Of a stretch of DNA of 56,241 bases, positions 21,251 to 32,244 are shown piece by piece. Below the pieces are notes generated by a model. That model was given only the letters and a program-made list of their open reading frames with translations, was not told the origin of the DNA and searched no databases. The stretch is from Candidatus Aminicenantes bacterium JdFR-78. GTDB taxonomy: Bacteria; Acidobacteriota; Aminicenantia; JdFR-78. Position numbers and translations under genes: made by a program. How positions within the stretch are numbered: the first letter of the stretch is position 1; each line of letters opens with the position of its first letter. The stretch lies in assembly GCA_002010665.1 (NCBI GenBank), contig MTON01000024.1:149830-206070 (forward strand). Direction: 5' to 3'.

Positions 21251-22090
21251 TCAACTTTCAGATTCTAATTGTCTAATGATTGTTTTCAAAATCTCAATTA
21301 TTTCACTTTTTTCAACACTGCTTTTTCTAAAAACTATACTTAATTGATATTCTTTTCCTGGAGGGCGAAATTTAAAAATATAATTTTTTGGCTTTTCAAC
21401 TTTTTTTTCTTTATCCACTTTGAGTTGTTTTGTTAATTTCCGAGTATCTTCACGAGTAAGCCCTTCTTTTTTTATTCTTTCAACAAGTTCTATCATTTTC
21501 TCCTTAGATGGTTGGCGAGCAATTTGAACCAATACTGTCTTTGCTTTTATATTATATTCGCTGCACAATTTTCTTACTTCTTCAGGAATTTTTAATAGGC
21601 TTAAAGTTTCAGTAATTGAAATTCTTGATTTACCAATTTTTTTAGCTATTTCTTGATGTGTATATCCATAAATTTCCACAAGTGCTCTAAGCCCGTCGGC
21701 TTCTTCAAATGGATCTAAATCTTTTCTGTGTAAATTTTCAATCAAGGATATTTCCAGTGACTCTTTATCATCAACATTCATTTCTATACATGGAACTTCT
21801 TTTAAGCCAGCTTTTATTGCAGCTCTATATCTTCTTTCTCCAGAAATTATTTCATATCCTTCACCTTTAGGTCTAACAATAATTGGTTCTAGAATACCTT
21901 TAGATTTAATCGATAAAGCTAAATCATCAATATTGCCCAATTCACTTCTTGGTTGATTAGGATTTGGATATATTTTTTCAATAGGTATAACTCTTAATAA
22001 AGGGCTTTTTGAGATAGATGAAAGGAGTTCAACAAAATGAGTGTCATGTCGCATTTTAAAGGAATCTGGTAAACCTATTTTTTTAGGCAC
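21251..22090 (-). CDS. parB: ParB/Spo0J family partition protein
   Basis: PNPNQPR, GILEPIIVR, ISGERRYRA (CTP-binding box), LIENLHRKDL and an HTH; GTG start. Confidence 0.92.
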   Translation of the reverse strand: MPKKIGLPDSFKMRHDTHFVELLSSISKSPLLRVIPIEKIYPNPNQPRSELGNIDDLALSIKSKGILEPIIVRPKGEGYEIISGERRYRAAIKAGLKEVPCIEMNVDDKESLEISLIENLHRKDLDPFEEADGLRALVEIYGYTHQEIAKKIGKSRISITETLSLLKIPEEVRKLCSEYNIKAKTVLVQIARQPSKEKMIELVERIKKEGLTREDTRKLTKQLKVDKEKKVEKPKNYIFKFRPPGKEYQLSIVFRKSSVEKSEIIEILKTIIRQLESES

Positions 22091-22850
22091 GGCTTATTAT
22101 CTCCTCAACAAGATTTTTATACTGAATTGCACCTGATGAGTTTGGAGCAAAGGTGAAAATTGATTCCTTATATGCAGGACTTTCTTCCAATCTTACACTT
22201 CGCGTTATTATTGTTTTAAATACTACAGGGCCAAATACTTCTTTGATTTTGTTAATCACATCTTTGGATATAACTGTCCTTTTATCATGAAGAGTTATCA
22301 AAACTCCTAAAATTTTTAAATCTGGATTAGCTCTCTGTTTTACTTTTTCAATAGTCTCAAGTAAATCATCAGTGCCTTCCAAGGATAAATAAGATGGTTG
22401 AATAGGAATCAGAATATAAGAAGCTGCAACCATAGCGTTTAATGTTATTAATCCTAATGTAGGTGGAGTATCTATTATTATATATTCATATTCTTTTTTT
22501 AACCCTTCTATTTTATCCTTTAAACGGTAATAACTATCTATTTCACCAAGAAGAGTTGATTCTAATTTAGCCATTGAAATTTTTGATGGGATAAGGTGCA
22601 GCCCAGGCACAGTAGTATTTAAAATAATATCTTTTAATGTGATATTTGAATCAGTTAAAGCTTCATATATGGATTTTTCTATTTTTTCTGGATTTAATAC
22701 ATAAGAAATAGTTGAATTTGCCTGAGGATCAACGTCCACAAGCAGAGTTTTAAACCCTTTAAAGGCAAGAGCTGCGGAAATATTAATAGCAGTTGTGGTC
22801 TTCCCTACTCCACCTTTTTGATTCGCGATTGTAATAACAGTATTTTTCAT
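22083..22850 (-). CDS. parA: ParA/Soj family ATPase
   Basis: NQKGGVGKTTT, DVDPQAN, IIIDTPP, RSVRLEESP. Confidence 0.95.
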   Translation of the reverse strand: MKNTVITIANQKGGVGKTTTAINISAALAFKGFKTLLVDVDPQANSTISYVLNPEKIEKSIYEALTDSNITLKDIILNTTVPGLHLIPSKISMAKLESTLLGEIDSYYRLKDKIEGLKKEYEYIIIDTPPTLGLITLNAMVAASYILIPIQPSYLSLEGTDDLLETIEKVKQRANPDLKILGVLITLHDKRTVISKDVINKIKEVFGPVVFKTIITRSVRLEESPAYKESIFTFAPNSSGAIQYKNLVEEIISRA

Positions 22851-22899
22851 ATTTGTTTAATTTATAACATTAATAACCGAAAAAAATCAAGTATTTAAT

Positions 22900-22915
22900 T
22901 GTCGGCATGCAGACA
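22900..22915. promoter_or_regulatory. 16-bp near-perfect palindrome, candidate parS/operator
   Basis: TGTCGGCATGCAGACA (one mismatch), about 10 bp upstream of the putative parA -35 (TTGATT, 22885-22890, minus strand). Confidence 0.4.
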
Positions 22916-22922
22916 TTTTGGA

Positions 22923-22959
22923 TGACAATTATTGTCACAGTTGTTGACAAATTTTGTCA
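22923..22959. promoter_or_regulatory. Tandem palindromes, candidate enhancer-binding-protein sites (UAS)
   Basis: TGACAATTATTGTCA (22923-22937) and TGACAAATTTTGTCA (22945-22959), both perfect 7-1-7, offset by 22 bp. Confidence 0.6.
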
Positions 22960-23019
22960 TAAAATACTAATAAATTTGGTTATCTTATTGAAAATAAAAA
23001 AGATAGTTTATGAATTTTT

Positions 23020-23035
23020 TGGCATGGTTTTTGCA
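23020..23035 (+). promoter_or_regulatory. sigma54 (-24/-12) promoter
   Basis: TGGCATGGTTTTTGCA = GG-N10-GC; strong SD AAGGAGG downstream, before 23063. Confidence 0.8.
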
Positions 23036-23062
23036 GAATAAGATAGTGAAAGGAGGAGAAAG

Positions 23063-23689
23063 ATGGGATTAAATAATAGAATACATAAATTTGAAAAATT
23101 GAATGAACCCCAACAAGAAATATTAGAATTATTATTTAAATTAGTAAAATATGTTGAAAATAGAGAGCAATATTCAGTTGGACATTCAGAAAGGGTTGCC
23201 TACTATGCCAAAAAAATTGGTAAAAGATTAAATCTTCCTCCTGAAAAATTAGATAAATTAGAATTAGCAGGATATTTACATGATGTAGGAAAGATATCCA
23301 TAAGTGATGTAATTCTACAAAAGACAGCTCCTTTAACATTTGAGGAGAGATTAATCATTCAACAGCACCCCCTCACTAGTTGCGAAATATTATCTCCCTT
23401 TAACTTTCTTAGACCTATAATTCCAGCTGTAAAATATCATCATGAAAGATGGGATGGTTCTGGTTATCCAGAAGGCCTTAAAGAGAAAGAAATTCCTCTG
23501 GAAGCAAGAATACTGGGAATAGTTGACTCCTTTGAAGCTTTAAGTTCAAAGCGTCCTTATAGAAACAAATTTACAATAGGAAAGATTTTTGAAATTTTTG
23601 AAAAAAATTCAGGAATTCTTTTTGACCCTGAAATAACTGAGATTTTCATTGATATAATGAAGAGCGATACAATAACTCTTTATTTTTGA
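23063..23689 (+). CDS. Stand-alone HD-GYP cyclic-dinucleotide phosphodiesterase
   Basis: GHSERVA, LHDVGK, HHERWDGSGYP, RPYR. Confidence 0.9.
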   Translation: MGLNNRIHKFEKLNEPQQEILELLFKLVKYVENREQYSVGHSERVAYYAKKIGKRLNLPPEKLDKLELAGYLHDVGKISISDVILQKTAPLTFEERLIIQQHPLTSCEILSPFNFLRPIIPAVKYHHERWDGSGYPEGLKEKEIPLEARILGIVDSFEALSSKRPYRNKFTIGKIFEIFEKNSGILFDPEITEIFIDIMKSDTITLYF

Positions 23690-25362
23690 TAGACTATTTT
23701 ACCACCAACAATTGTCATTTCAACATGAGTATTAAGTATTTCTTTTGCAGGAATACTCAATAAATTTTTTGATAAAATCACAATATCTGCCAATTTCCCC
23801 TCTTCAATTGAACCTTTTATTTTTTCTTCAAAACCTGCATAAGCTGCATCAATTGTAAACATTTTTAAAGCTTCATATCGAGTTACCCTCTGTTCAGGAT
23901 ACCATCCTCCTTTTGGCCAGCCTTTATGGTCCTGCCTAGTACATGCCGCGTAAATACCCCATAAAGGATTTGCATTCTCCACAGGTGCATCTGAACCTCC
24001 AGCAATTCTAACTCCTGTATTTATTAAAGATTTCCATGCATATGCATATTTAGCTCTCTCTGAACCAAGTCTATCCACAGCCCAATACATATCAGAAGTT
24101 GCATGAGTTGGTTGCATAGAAGGTATCACATTTAATTTTGCAAATCTTGGGATATCTTCTTCTGTTAAAACCTGAGCATGTTCGATTCTAAATCTATGAT
24201 TTTTTGTCTGAGATACGGTTTTAAAAGCTTTTTCAAAAAGATCAAGGGTCAATCTGTTTGCTCTATCACCTATTGCATGAACACAAACCTGGAAACCTTT
24301 TTTCAATGCTTTTTTCATTACTTCCAAAGCCTCATCCGGATCAAAAGTTATAAGACCAGTATTTGTAGGATCGTCATTATAAGGTTCAAATAATGCTGCA
24401 CCTCTTGAACCAAGAGCACCATCAGAAAACATCTTGATACTTCTTACTGTTAAAAAGTTATTTCCGTATCCTATTTCAGGTCCTTTTTTAAAATATTCAT
24501 CAATTGCATCTCCAGGCCATCCAAGCATGACATATAATCTTACAGTTAATTTGTTTTCGTTTATTAATTCCTTGTAAATTTTTATAGTTTCTAAATCCAC
24601 TCCCGCATCATGAACTGTTGTGAGGCCGAGAGAAGAACATTCTTTTGATGCCAGAATAGCCATTTCTTTCTTCTCTTCATATGTAGGGGAAGGCATAATT
24701 TTCTTTACAAGAGACATGGCTTCGTCAATTAAAACACCAGTTGGTTTTCCTGTTTCTGGGTCCCGGAGAATTTTTCCTCCTTTAGGATCTGGGGTTTGTT
24801 TTGTAATTCCAGCTTTTTTCAAAACAAGACTATTAACCCATAGGGCATGACCATCAATTCTTCTTAAAACAACAGGATTTTTTGGAGATACTGAATCTAA
24901 ATCCCATCGTGTAGGAAATTCTTTTATTGGCCAGTCATTCTGGTCCCATCCTCTCCCAAGGATCCATTTTCCTTCTCCTTCCTTTAAAATTCTATTTTTA
25001 ACAAGCTTAACAATTTCCTCTTTTGAAGTCGTTCCTACAAGATTCAAAATTCTCTTTGTATTCCCTAACCCTAGGAAATGTATATGCGCATCTATAAATC
25101 CAGGAACAACTGTTTTCCCAGTCAAGTCAATGACTTTTGTTTGGACTCCAATTAATTTTTCTACTTCTTTATTTTTTCCTACTTTAACAATTTTATCCCC
25201 AATTATTGCAACAGCTTGTGCACTTGGTTTTTTTGGGTTCATGGTAATTACATTTGCATTTAATAAAACCATATCAGCTTGTTTTCTTACGCAGGTTATA
25301 AACAAACTAAGCAAAAATCCTATAAAAAATAAAAAAATAAATATTTTTTTAACAAAAAGCAT
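23680..25362 (-). CDS. YtcJ-like amidohydrolase (amidohydro_3), probable lipoprotein
   Basis: PGFIDAHIH, HAIGDRA, RIEHAQ, GSDAP; N-terminal hydrophobic stretch ending in ITC. Confidence 0.88.
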   Translation of the reverse strand: MLFVKKIFIFLFFIGFLLSLFITCVRKQADMVLLNANVITMNPKKPSAQAVAIIGDKIVKVGKNKEVEKLIGVQTKVIDLTGKTVVPGFIDAHIHFLGLGNTKRILNLVGTTSKEEIVKLVKNRILKEGEGKWILGRGWDQNDWPIKEFPTRWDLDSVSPKNPVVLRRIDGHALWVNSLVLKKAGITKQTPDPKGGKILRDPETGKPTGVLIDEAMSLVKKIMPSPTYEEKKEMAILASKECSSLGLTTVHDAGVDLETIKIYKELINENKLTVRLYVMLGWPGDAIDEYFKKGPEIGYGNNFLTVRSIKMFSDGALGSRGAALFEPYNDDPTNTGLITFDPDEALEVMKKALKKGFQVCVHAIGDRANRLTLDLFEKAFKTVSQTKNHRFRIEHAQVLTEEDIPRFAKLNVIPSMQPTHATSDMYWAVDRLGSERAKYAYAWKSLINTGVRIAGGSDAPVENANPLWGIYAACTRQDHKGWPKGGWYPEQRVTRYEALKMFTIDAAYAGFEEKIKGSIEEGKLADIVILSKNLLSIPAKEILNTHVEMTIVGGKIVYQK

Positions 25363-25414
25363 TTAATCAACCTCCAAGATTGGATTATAAGAATATTAAG
25401 ATATATTGTTATGG

Positions 25415-25508
<94 letters not shown>

Positions 25509-25590
25509 TCCACGCTTTTTTATTTTAACATTTATTATTTCAAAGTCAATCTTCCTTTAACAAATGACCATTTGCCATTAACCATATAAA

Positions 25591-25683
25591 TGGCGGAGGG
25601 AGAGGGATTCGAACCCCCGTCCCGGGATCTACCCGGGAAGCGATTTTCAAGACCGCCGCCTTAAGCCACTCGGCCATCCCTCC
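25591..25683 (-). tRNA. tRNA-Ser(TGA)
   Basis: GGAGGGA...TCCCTCCGCCA, anticodon arm gcggt-ctTGAaa-atcgc, long variable arm, encoded CCA. Confidence 0.97.
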
Positions 25684-25718
25684 TTCTTTAAAAATTTTAA
25701 TAATCTTAGCCAAAATTA

Positions 25719-27687
<1,969 letters not shown>

Positions 27688-27754
27688 TTTTTTCCTCCAT
27701 TTTTAGTTTATAGTGGATTTGAATTATAAAAATCAAGAATAAAAATAAAATCGC

Positions 27755-27802
27755 TTGACAAAACTTCTTTAAAATATTAGATTAACTAAATGGTTAGTTA
27801 AT
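27755..27802 (+). promoter_or_regulatory. Promoter and TetR operator palindrome
   Basis: TTGACA-N17-TAGATT; ATTAACTAA-atgg-TTAGTTAAT (27781-27802) lies between the -10 and the ATG. Confidence 0.7.
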
Positions 27803-28405
27803 ATGACAAAAGAAAGAATTCTTAAAGTAGCGCAAGAAATATTTTCCAAAAAGGGATTTGATTCTACAACTACCCAGGAAATTGCAGAGAGAGCTAAAGT
27901 TAATAAAGCAATGATTCATTATTATTTCAAAAATAAGGAAGGTCTTTACATTGAAATTTTAAGAAAACTTTTTAGTGAAATTGCTTCAAAAATCCTGAAT
28001 ATTTTTTCAATGAATTTGACTCCACCTGAAAAATTTAAATTATTAATATCCGAATACATAGATTTTATTTCAAAAAATAGATTTCTTCCCCCTTTGGTTT
28101 TAAGGAGTGTTCTCAGTTATAAAAGAAATATATATGAAATAATAAAAGAAATAATGCTTCCAGTTTATAAAAAAGGAGAAGAAGTCTTTGACGAAGGCAA
28201 ACGAAAAGGTTATTTCTACGATTATGATTATAAGAATTTAATACCAACTTTAATTGGTGCCATTATTTTTTATTTTATTGCACATCCTGTTTTCTCCTTC
28301 ATATGGGAAGATAATCCTCTTTCGAATGAAAATTTAGAAAAGAGAAAAAACGAATTAATAAAATTCATCGAAAAAGCTTTAATAAAAAGCACGGAGGAAA
28401 AATGA
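27803..28405 (+). CDS. TetR/AcrR family regulator
   Basis: KERILKVAQEIFSKKGF...IAERAKVNKAMIHYYFKNKEGL HTH. Confidence 0.92.
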   Translation: MTKERILKVAQEIFSKKGFDSTTTQEIAERAKVNKAMIHYYFKNKEGLYIEILRKLFSEIASKILNIFSMNLTPPEKFKLLISEYIDFISKNRFLPPLVLRSVLSYKRNIYEIIKEIMLPVYKKGEEVFDEGKRKGYFYDYDYKNLIPTLIGAIIFYFIAHPVFSFIWEDNPLSNENLEKRKNELIKFIEKALIKSTEEK

Positions 28406-29406
28406 AAAATTCAATAAATATTTTCTGGATTTTTACTATTTCAAGTTTAATATTCAGCCAAATATTTATATCAAACTGCAAAAATAAGAAGGAAATTAAA
28501 ACAATAGAAGTCTCAGGCATAATTGAAGCAATAAAAGTTGAAATCAGGTCAAAATTGCAAGCAGAAGTGAAAGAAATCTTTATAAAGGAAGGACAGAAAG
28601 TTAAAAAGGGAGATTTATTATGTTTGCTTGATAAAGAAAAATTACAAATTCAATTAAATCAAATTAAAGCAAATATTGAAATGGCAAATTTAAAATTGAA
28701 GCTTTTTGAAAAAGGCACTAAAAAAGAGCTTATTGCAATTGCTAAAAATCAATTGGAAAGTGCCAAAAAAGAATATATGTTAGCCAAAACAAATCAGGAA
28801 AGAATGTCAAGGCTTTTTGAAAAAGGAGCAGTATCACAATATCAAAAAGAAAGAGCAGATTTAGAATTAAAACTTGCAAAAGAGAAATACGAAAGTGCAC
28901 TTGAAAATTATAATCTTGCGCTTAGAGGAAAAGAGAAGGAAGAAATTGAGATGGTCAAAGCAGAAATAAAAAATCTCGAAGCAAAAGAAAAATTTCTCTT
29001 TAGTCAATTAAAAGATACTGAAATTCGTTCTCCAATAGATGGATATGTTGAAATTAAACATGTGGAAGTGGGCGAATTGGCTTTACCGGGAACAATTCTT
29101 TTCACTCTCTTAGATTTAGGCAGAACATATGTTAAAGCATACATTCCTGAAAGATATATTGGCTTAATAAAAAGAGGGAATCTAGTTGAAGTATATTCTG
29201 ATTCTTATCCTAATAAAATTTTTAGGGGTGAGGTAGATTATATTTCTGACGAAGCAGAATTTGTTCCAAAAGAAGTGCAAACTAAAGAAGAGCGCCTGAA
29301 ATTAGTATTTATGATTAAATCTTATCTTAAAAATCAAAAACGAGAATTGAAACCTGGAATGCCAGTGGATGTGAAAATATTTGTTGGTGAATCGGTAAGT
29401 CGGTGA
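28402..29406 (+). CDS. HlyD family membrane-fusion protein (YbhG-like)
   Basis: EGQKVKKGDLL lipoyl-like motif, coiled coil, AEFVPKEVQTKEER, LKPGMP. Confidence 0.9.
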   Translation: MKNSINIFWIFTISSLIFSQIFISNCKNKKEIKTIEVSGIIEAIKVEIRSKLQAEVKEIFIKEGQKVKKGDLLCLLDKEKLQIQLNQIKANIEMANLKLKLFEKGTKKELIAIAKNQLESAKKEYMLAKTNQERMSRLFEKGAVSQYQKERADLELKLAKEKYESALENYNLALRGKEKEEIEMVKAEIKNLEAKEKFLFSQLKDTEIRSPIDGYVEIKHVEVGELALPGTILFTLLDLGRTYVKAYIPERYIGLIKRGNLVEVYSDSYPNKIFRGEVDYISDEAEFVPKEVQTKEERLKLVFMIKSYLKNQKRELKPGMPVDVKIFVGESVSR

Positions 29407-29445
29407 ATTGGTTATTTATAAATAATAGCGATAATAAAGTAAAAA

Positions 29446-30372
29446 GTGATTATTTTAAAGACTGTAAATTTATTTAAAAGATTCAATCAGATTATAGCTA
29501 TCAACAATATTAATTTAGAAATTGAGAAAGGCAAAATTATTGGTATAATTGGTCCTGATGGTGCTGGAAAATCAACTTTATTAAGACTGTTAGCTGGGCT
29601 TTTAAAACCTACCTCTGGCTCAGTTATTTTTAAAGAAATCGAGATAGCAAAATTTCCATCTAAAATTAAAGAAAAAATTGGATACATGCCTCAGCATTTT
29701 AGTCTCTATGGAGACTTAACAGTTTTTGAAAATTTAAAATTCTTCGCAGATTTATATCAAATATCTCGTGAAAAATTTAAAAAGAAAGTGGAGGAATTAT
29801 TGAATTTTAGCCGTCTAAAAGCTTTTAAAAATACTTTAGCAAGAAATCTCTCTGGAGGGATGCAAAAAAAACTTGCTTTAGCTTGTAGCCTTTTTCACAC
29901 ACCTGAAATTCTTCTATTAGACGAACCAACAACAGGGGTTGACCCTATCTCAAGAAAAGAACTGTGGCAGCTACTTTATCAATTAAATAATCAAGGAGTG
30001 ACAATATTATTTACTACTCCTTATATGGATGAAGCTCAGAAGTGTCAAAAAGTTGGTTTAATTCATGAAGGACAATTGCTAGCTTATGAAAATCCTGAAA
30101 AATTAATTAAAGAAATGAAAGAAGAAATTATAGAACTTATTACTGAAGAAAAGGAAATTAGAACAAAATTAAAAAACTGGCCAGAATTAAAAAATATATA
30201 TCCTTATGGAGACACTCTTCACTTGGTTTTTAAAGCTGGAAAAGTCAAAATCGAAGAAATAAAAAACAGATTAGAAAATCAAAAAATCGCTATCAAAAGT
30301 ATTAGAAAAATTACTCCATCTTTTGAAGATGTATTTTTCTCCTTAATTCAAAAAATTAAAACCGAAAATTAA
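29446..30372 (+). CDS. ABC transporter ATP-binding protein (YbhF N-half-like)
   Basis: GPDGAGKS, LSGGMQKK, LLDEPTTGVDP. Confidence 0.92.
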   Translation: MIILKTVNLFKRFNQIIAINNINLEIEKGKIIGIIGPDGAGKSTLLRLLAGLLKPTSGSVIFKEIEIAKFPSKIKEKIGYMPQHFSLYGDLTVFENLKFFADLYQISREKFKKKVEELLNFSRLKAFKNTLARNLSGGMQKKLALACSLFHTPEILLLDEPTTGVDPISRKELWQLLYQLNNQGVTILFTTPYMDEAQKCQKVGLIHEGQLLAYENPEKLIKEMKEEIIELITEEKEIRTKLKNWPELKNIYPYGDTLHLVFKAGKVKIEEIKNRLENQKIAIKSIRKITPSFEDVFFSLIQKIKTEN

Positions 30373-30376
30373 GAGA

Positions 30377-31111
30377 ATGTTTGCTATAGAAGTATATAAT
30401 TTAACAAAAAAATTTGGTGAGTTTGTTGCAGTTAATAATATTTCTTTTAAAGTAGCAAAAGGAGAGATTTTTGGCTTTTTAGGACCAAATGGTGCTGGGA
30501 AATCTACAACCATTAGAATGCTATGTGGAATTATGAGACCCACTTCAGGAGAAGGATTAGTAGGTGGCTATTCCATTAATAATCAGCCTGAAGAAATAAA
30601 AAAAATAATTGGATATATGTCTCAAAAATTCACCTTATACCAGGATCTTACTGTAGAAGAAAATATAAATTTTTATGGCGGAATACATGGTTTATCCTCT
30701 TCAGCCATAAAAGAGCGTAAAAAATGGGTCATAAAAATGGCGGGGCTTATTGGAAAAGAGAATTATTTAACTCGAGAACTTTCAGGAGGATGGAAACAAC
30801 GCTTATCTTTAGGATGTGCAATTCTTCATCAGCCAGAAATATTATTTTTAGATGAGCCTACAGCCAGTGTAGATCCTATTTCTCGAAGGGATTTCTGGGA
30901 TTTGATTTATAATCTATCAGAAAAAGGGACTACAATTTTTGTTACTTCTCATTATATGGATGAAGTTGAAAGATGCCATAGAATTGCAATTATTTATTCA
31001 GGAAAAATAATAGCTATGGGGTCTCCCAAGGAATTAAAAAAAGAATTTACAAAATCTGAAAAGTCAACTTTAGAGGAGGTTTTTATATCAGCTATTGAAA
31101 GAGAAAAATGA
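30377..31111 (+). CDS. ABC transporter ATP-binding protein (YbhF C-half-like)
   Basis: GPNGAGKS, LSGGWKQR, FLDEPT, SHYMDE. Confidence 0.92.
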   Translation: MFAIEVYNLTKKFGEFVAVNNISFKVAKGEIFGFLGPNGAGKSTTIRMLCGIMRPTSGEGLVGGYSINNQPEEIKKIIGYMSQKFTLYQDLTVEENINFYGGIHGLSSSAIKERKKWVIKMAGLIGKENYLTRELSGGWKQRLSLGCAILHQPEILFLDEPTASVDPISRRDFWDLIYNLSEKGTTIFVTSHYMDEVERCHRIAIIYSGKIIAMGSPKELKKEFTKSEKSTLEEVFISAIEREK

Positions 31112-32244
31112 AAAGTAGAATCTTTCCTATTATAAGAAAAGAATTTATTCATATAATTAGAGACCTAAGAAGCCTTTATTTAGCAATATTTTTACCAATT
31201 ATTTTATTAATTCTTTTTGCCTATGCTATTACTTTTGATATAAAACAGATTCCTATAGGAATAATAGATCAAGACAATACTTCTTTAAGTAGAAGTTTAA
31301 TTTCTACAATAAACTCGAGCGAATTCTTCCATTTATCTTTTATCTCAAATCATTATATCAATTTAGATAAATTTCTTGGTGAAAGAAGAGTTAAATTAAT
31401 GTTAATAATTCCAGACCATTTTTCCCATGATATTTCTGAAGGCAAGAATACTCCTCTTCAAATTTTAGTAGATGGAAGTGACAACAATACTGCTTTAATT
31501 GCATTGGGATATATATCAAAACTAATTAATAATTTTTCATTTAATCTTTTTAAAAAATTTTTAAATAAGAAAGGAAACATTCTTTTTAAAGAATTACCTT
31601 TAATAAATATCCAGGAAAGATTTTGGTACAATCCAGGACTAAAGAGTCCTTTTTTTATAGTTCCAGGACTGATTGCAGTAGTGATGATGATTTTTACAGT
31701 ATTATTAACCTCCTTAACAATTGCAAGAGAATGGGAGACCGGAACTATGGAACAATTAATTATTACTCCAACAAAGCCCATAGAAATTATAATAGGCAAG
31801 CTCATCCCCTACTTTTTTCTTGGCATGTTCCAAATCTCCGTTATAATTCTTATTGGATTTTTATTATTTAAAGTTCCCCTTAAAGGAAATATAATTTTTC
31901 TTTTCATTATTTCAGGAATATTTTTAATCACTGGTTTAGGAATTGGACTTTTTATATCCACTGTTACAAAATCTCAACAACTTGCTTTTATGTTCTCCGT
32001 TATATTTACTTTATTGCCCGCATTCCTTCTTTCTGGATTCATTTTTCCTATTTCAAGCATGCCTAAAATCATTCAATTTATAACATATTTAATACCTGCA
32101 AGATACTTTTTAACCATTTTAAGAGGAATTTTTCTTAAAGGAATAGGTTTTTCTTTTCTATGGCGAGAGGTTTTAGCATTAATTTTATTTGGAGTCATTA
32201 TAATTTTTGCATGTGCTAAGAGATTAAGATTAAGCTTAGAATGA
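31108..32244 (+). CDS. ABC-2 permease (YbhS-like)
   Basis: KEFIHIIRD, AREWETGTMEQL, LLSGFIFPISSMP. Confidence 0.9.
   Translation: MKSRIFPIIRKEFIHIIRDLRSLYLAIFLPIILLILFAYAITFDIKQIPIGIIDQDNTSLSRSLISTINSSEFFHLSFISNHYINLDKFLGERRVKLMLIIPDHFSHDISEGKNTPLQILVDGSDNNTALIALGYISKLINNFSFNLFKKFLNKKGNILFKELPLINIQERFWYNPGLKSPFFIVPGLIAVVMMIFTVLLTSLTIAREWETGTMEQLIITPTKPIEIIIGKLIPYFFLGMFQISVIILIGFLLFKVPLKGNIIFLFIISGIFLITGLGIGLFISTVTKSQQLAFMFSVIFTLLPAFLLSGFIFPISSMPKIIQFITYLIPARYFLTILRGIFLKGIGFSFLWREVLALILFGVIIIFACAKRLRLSLE

Noticed and set aside
21112-23062. parAB plus dif as an integrated plasmid or Xer-exploiting mobile element
   Set aside because: No rep, relaxase, integrase, second dif copy or visible compositional shift; not excluded as an ancient origin.
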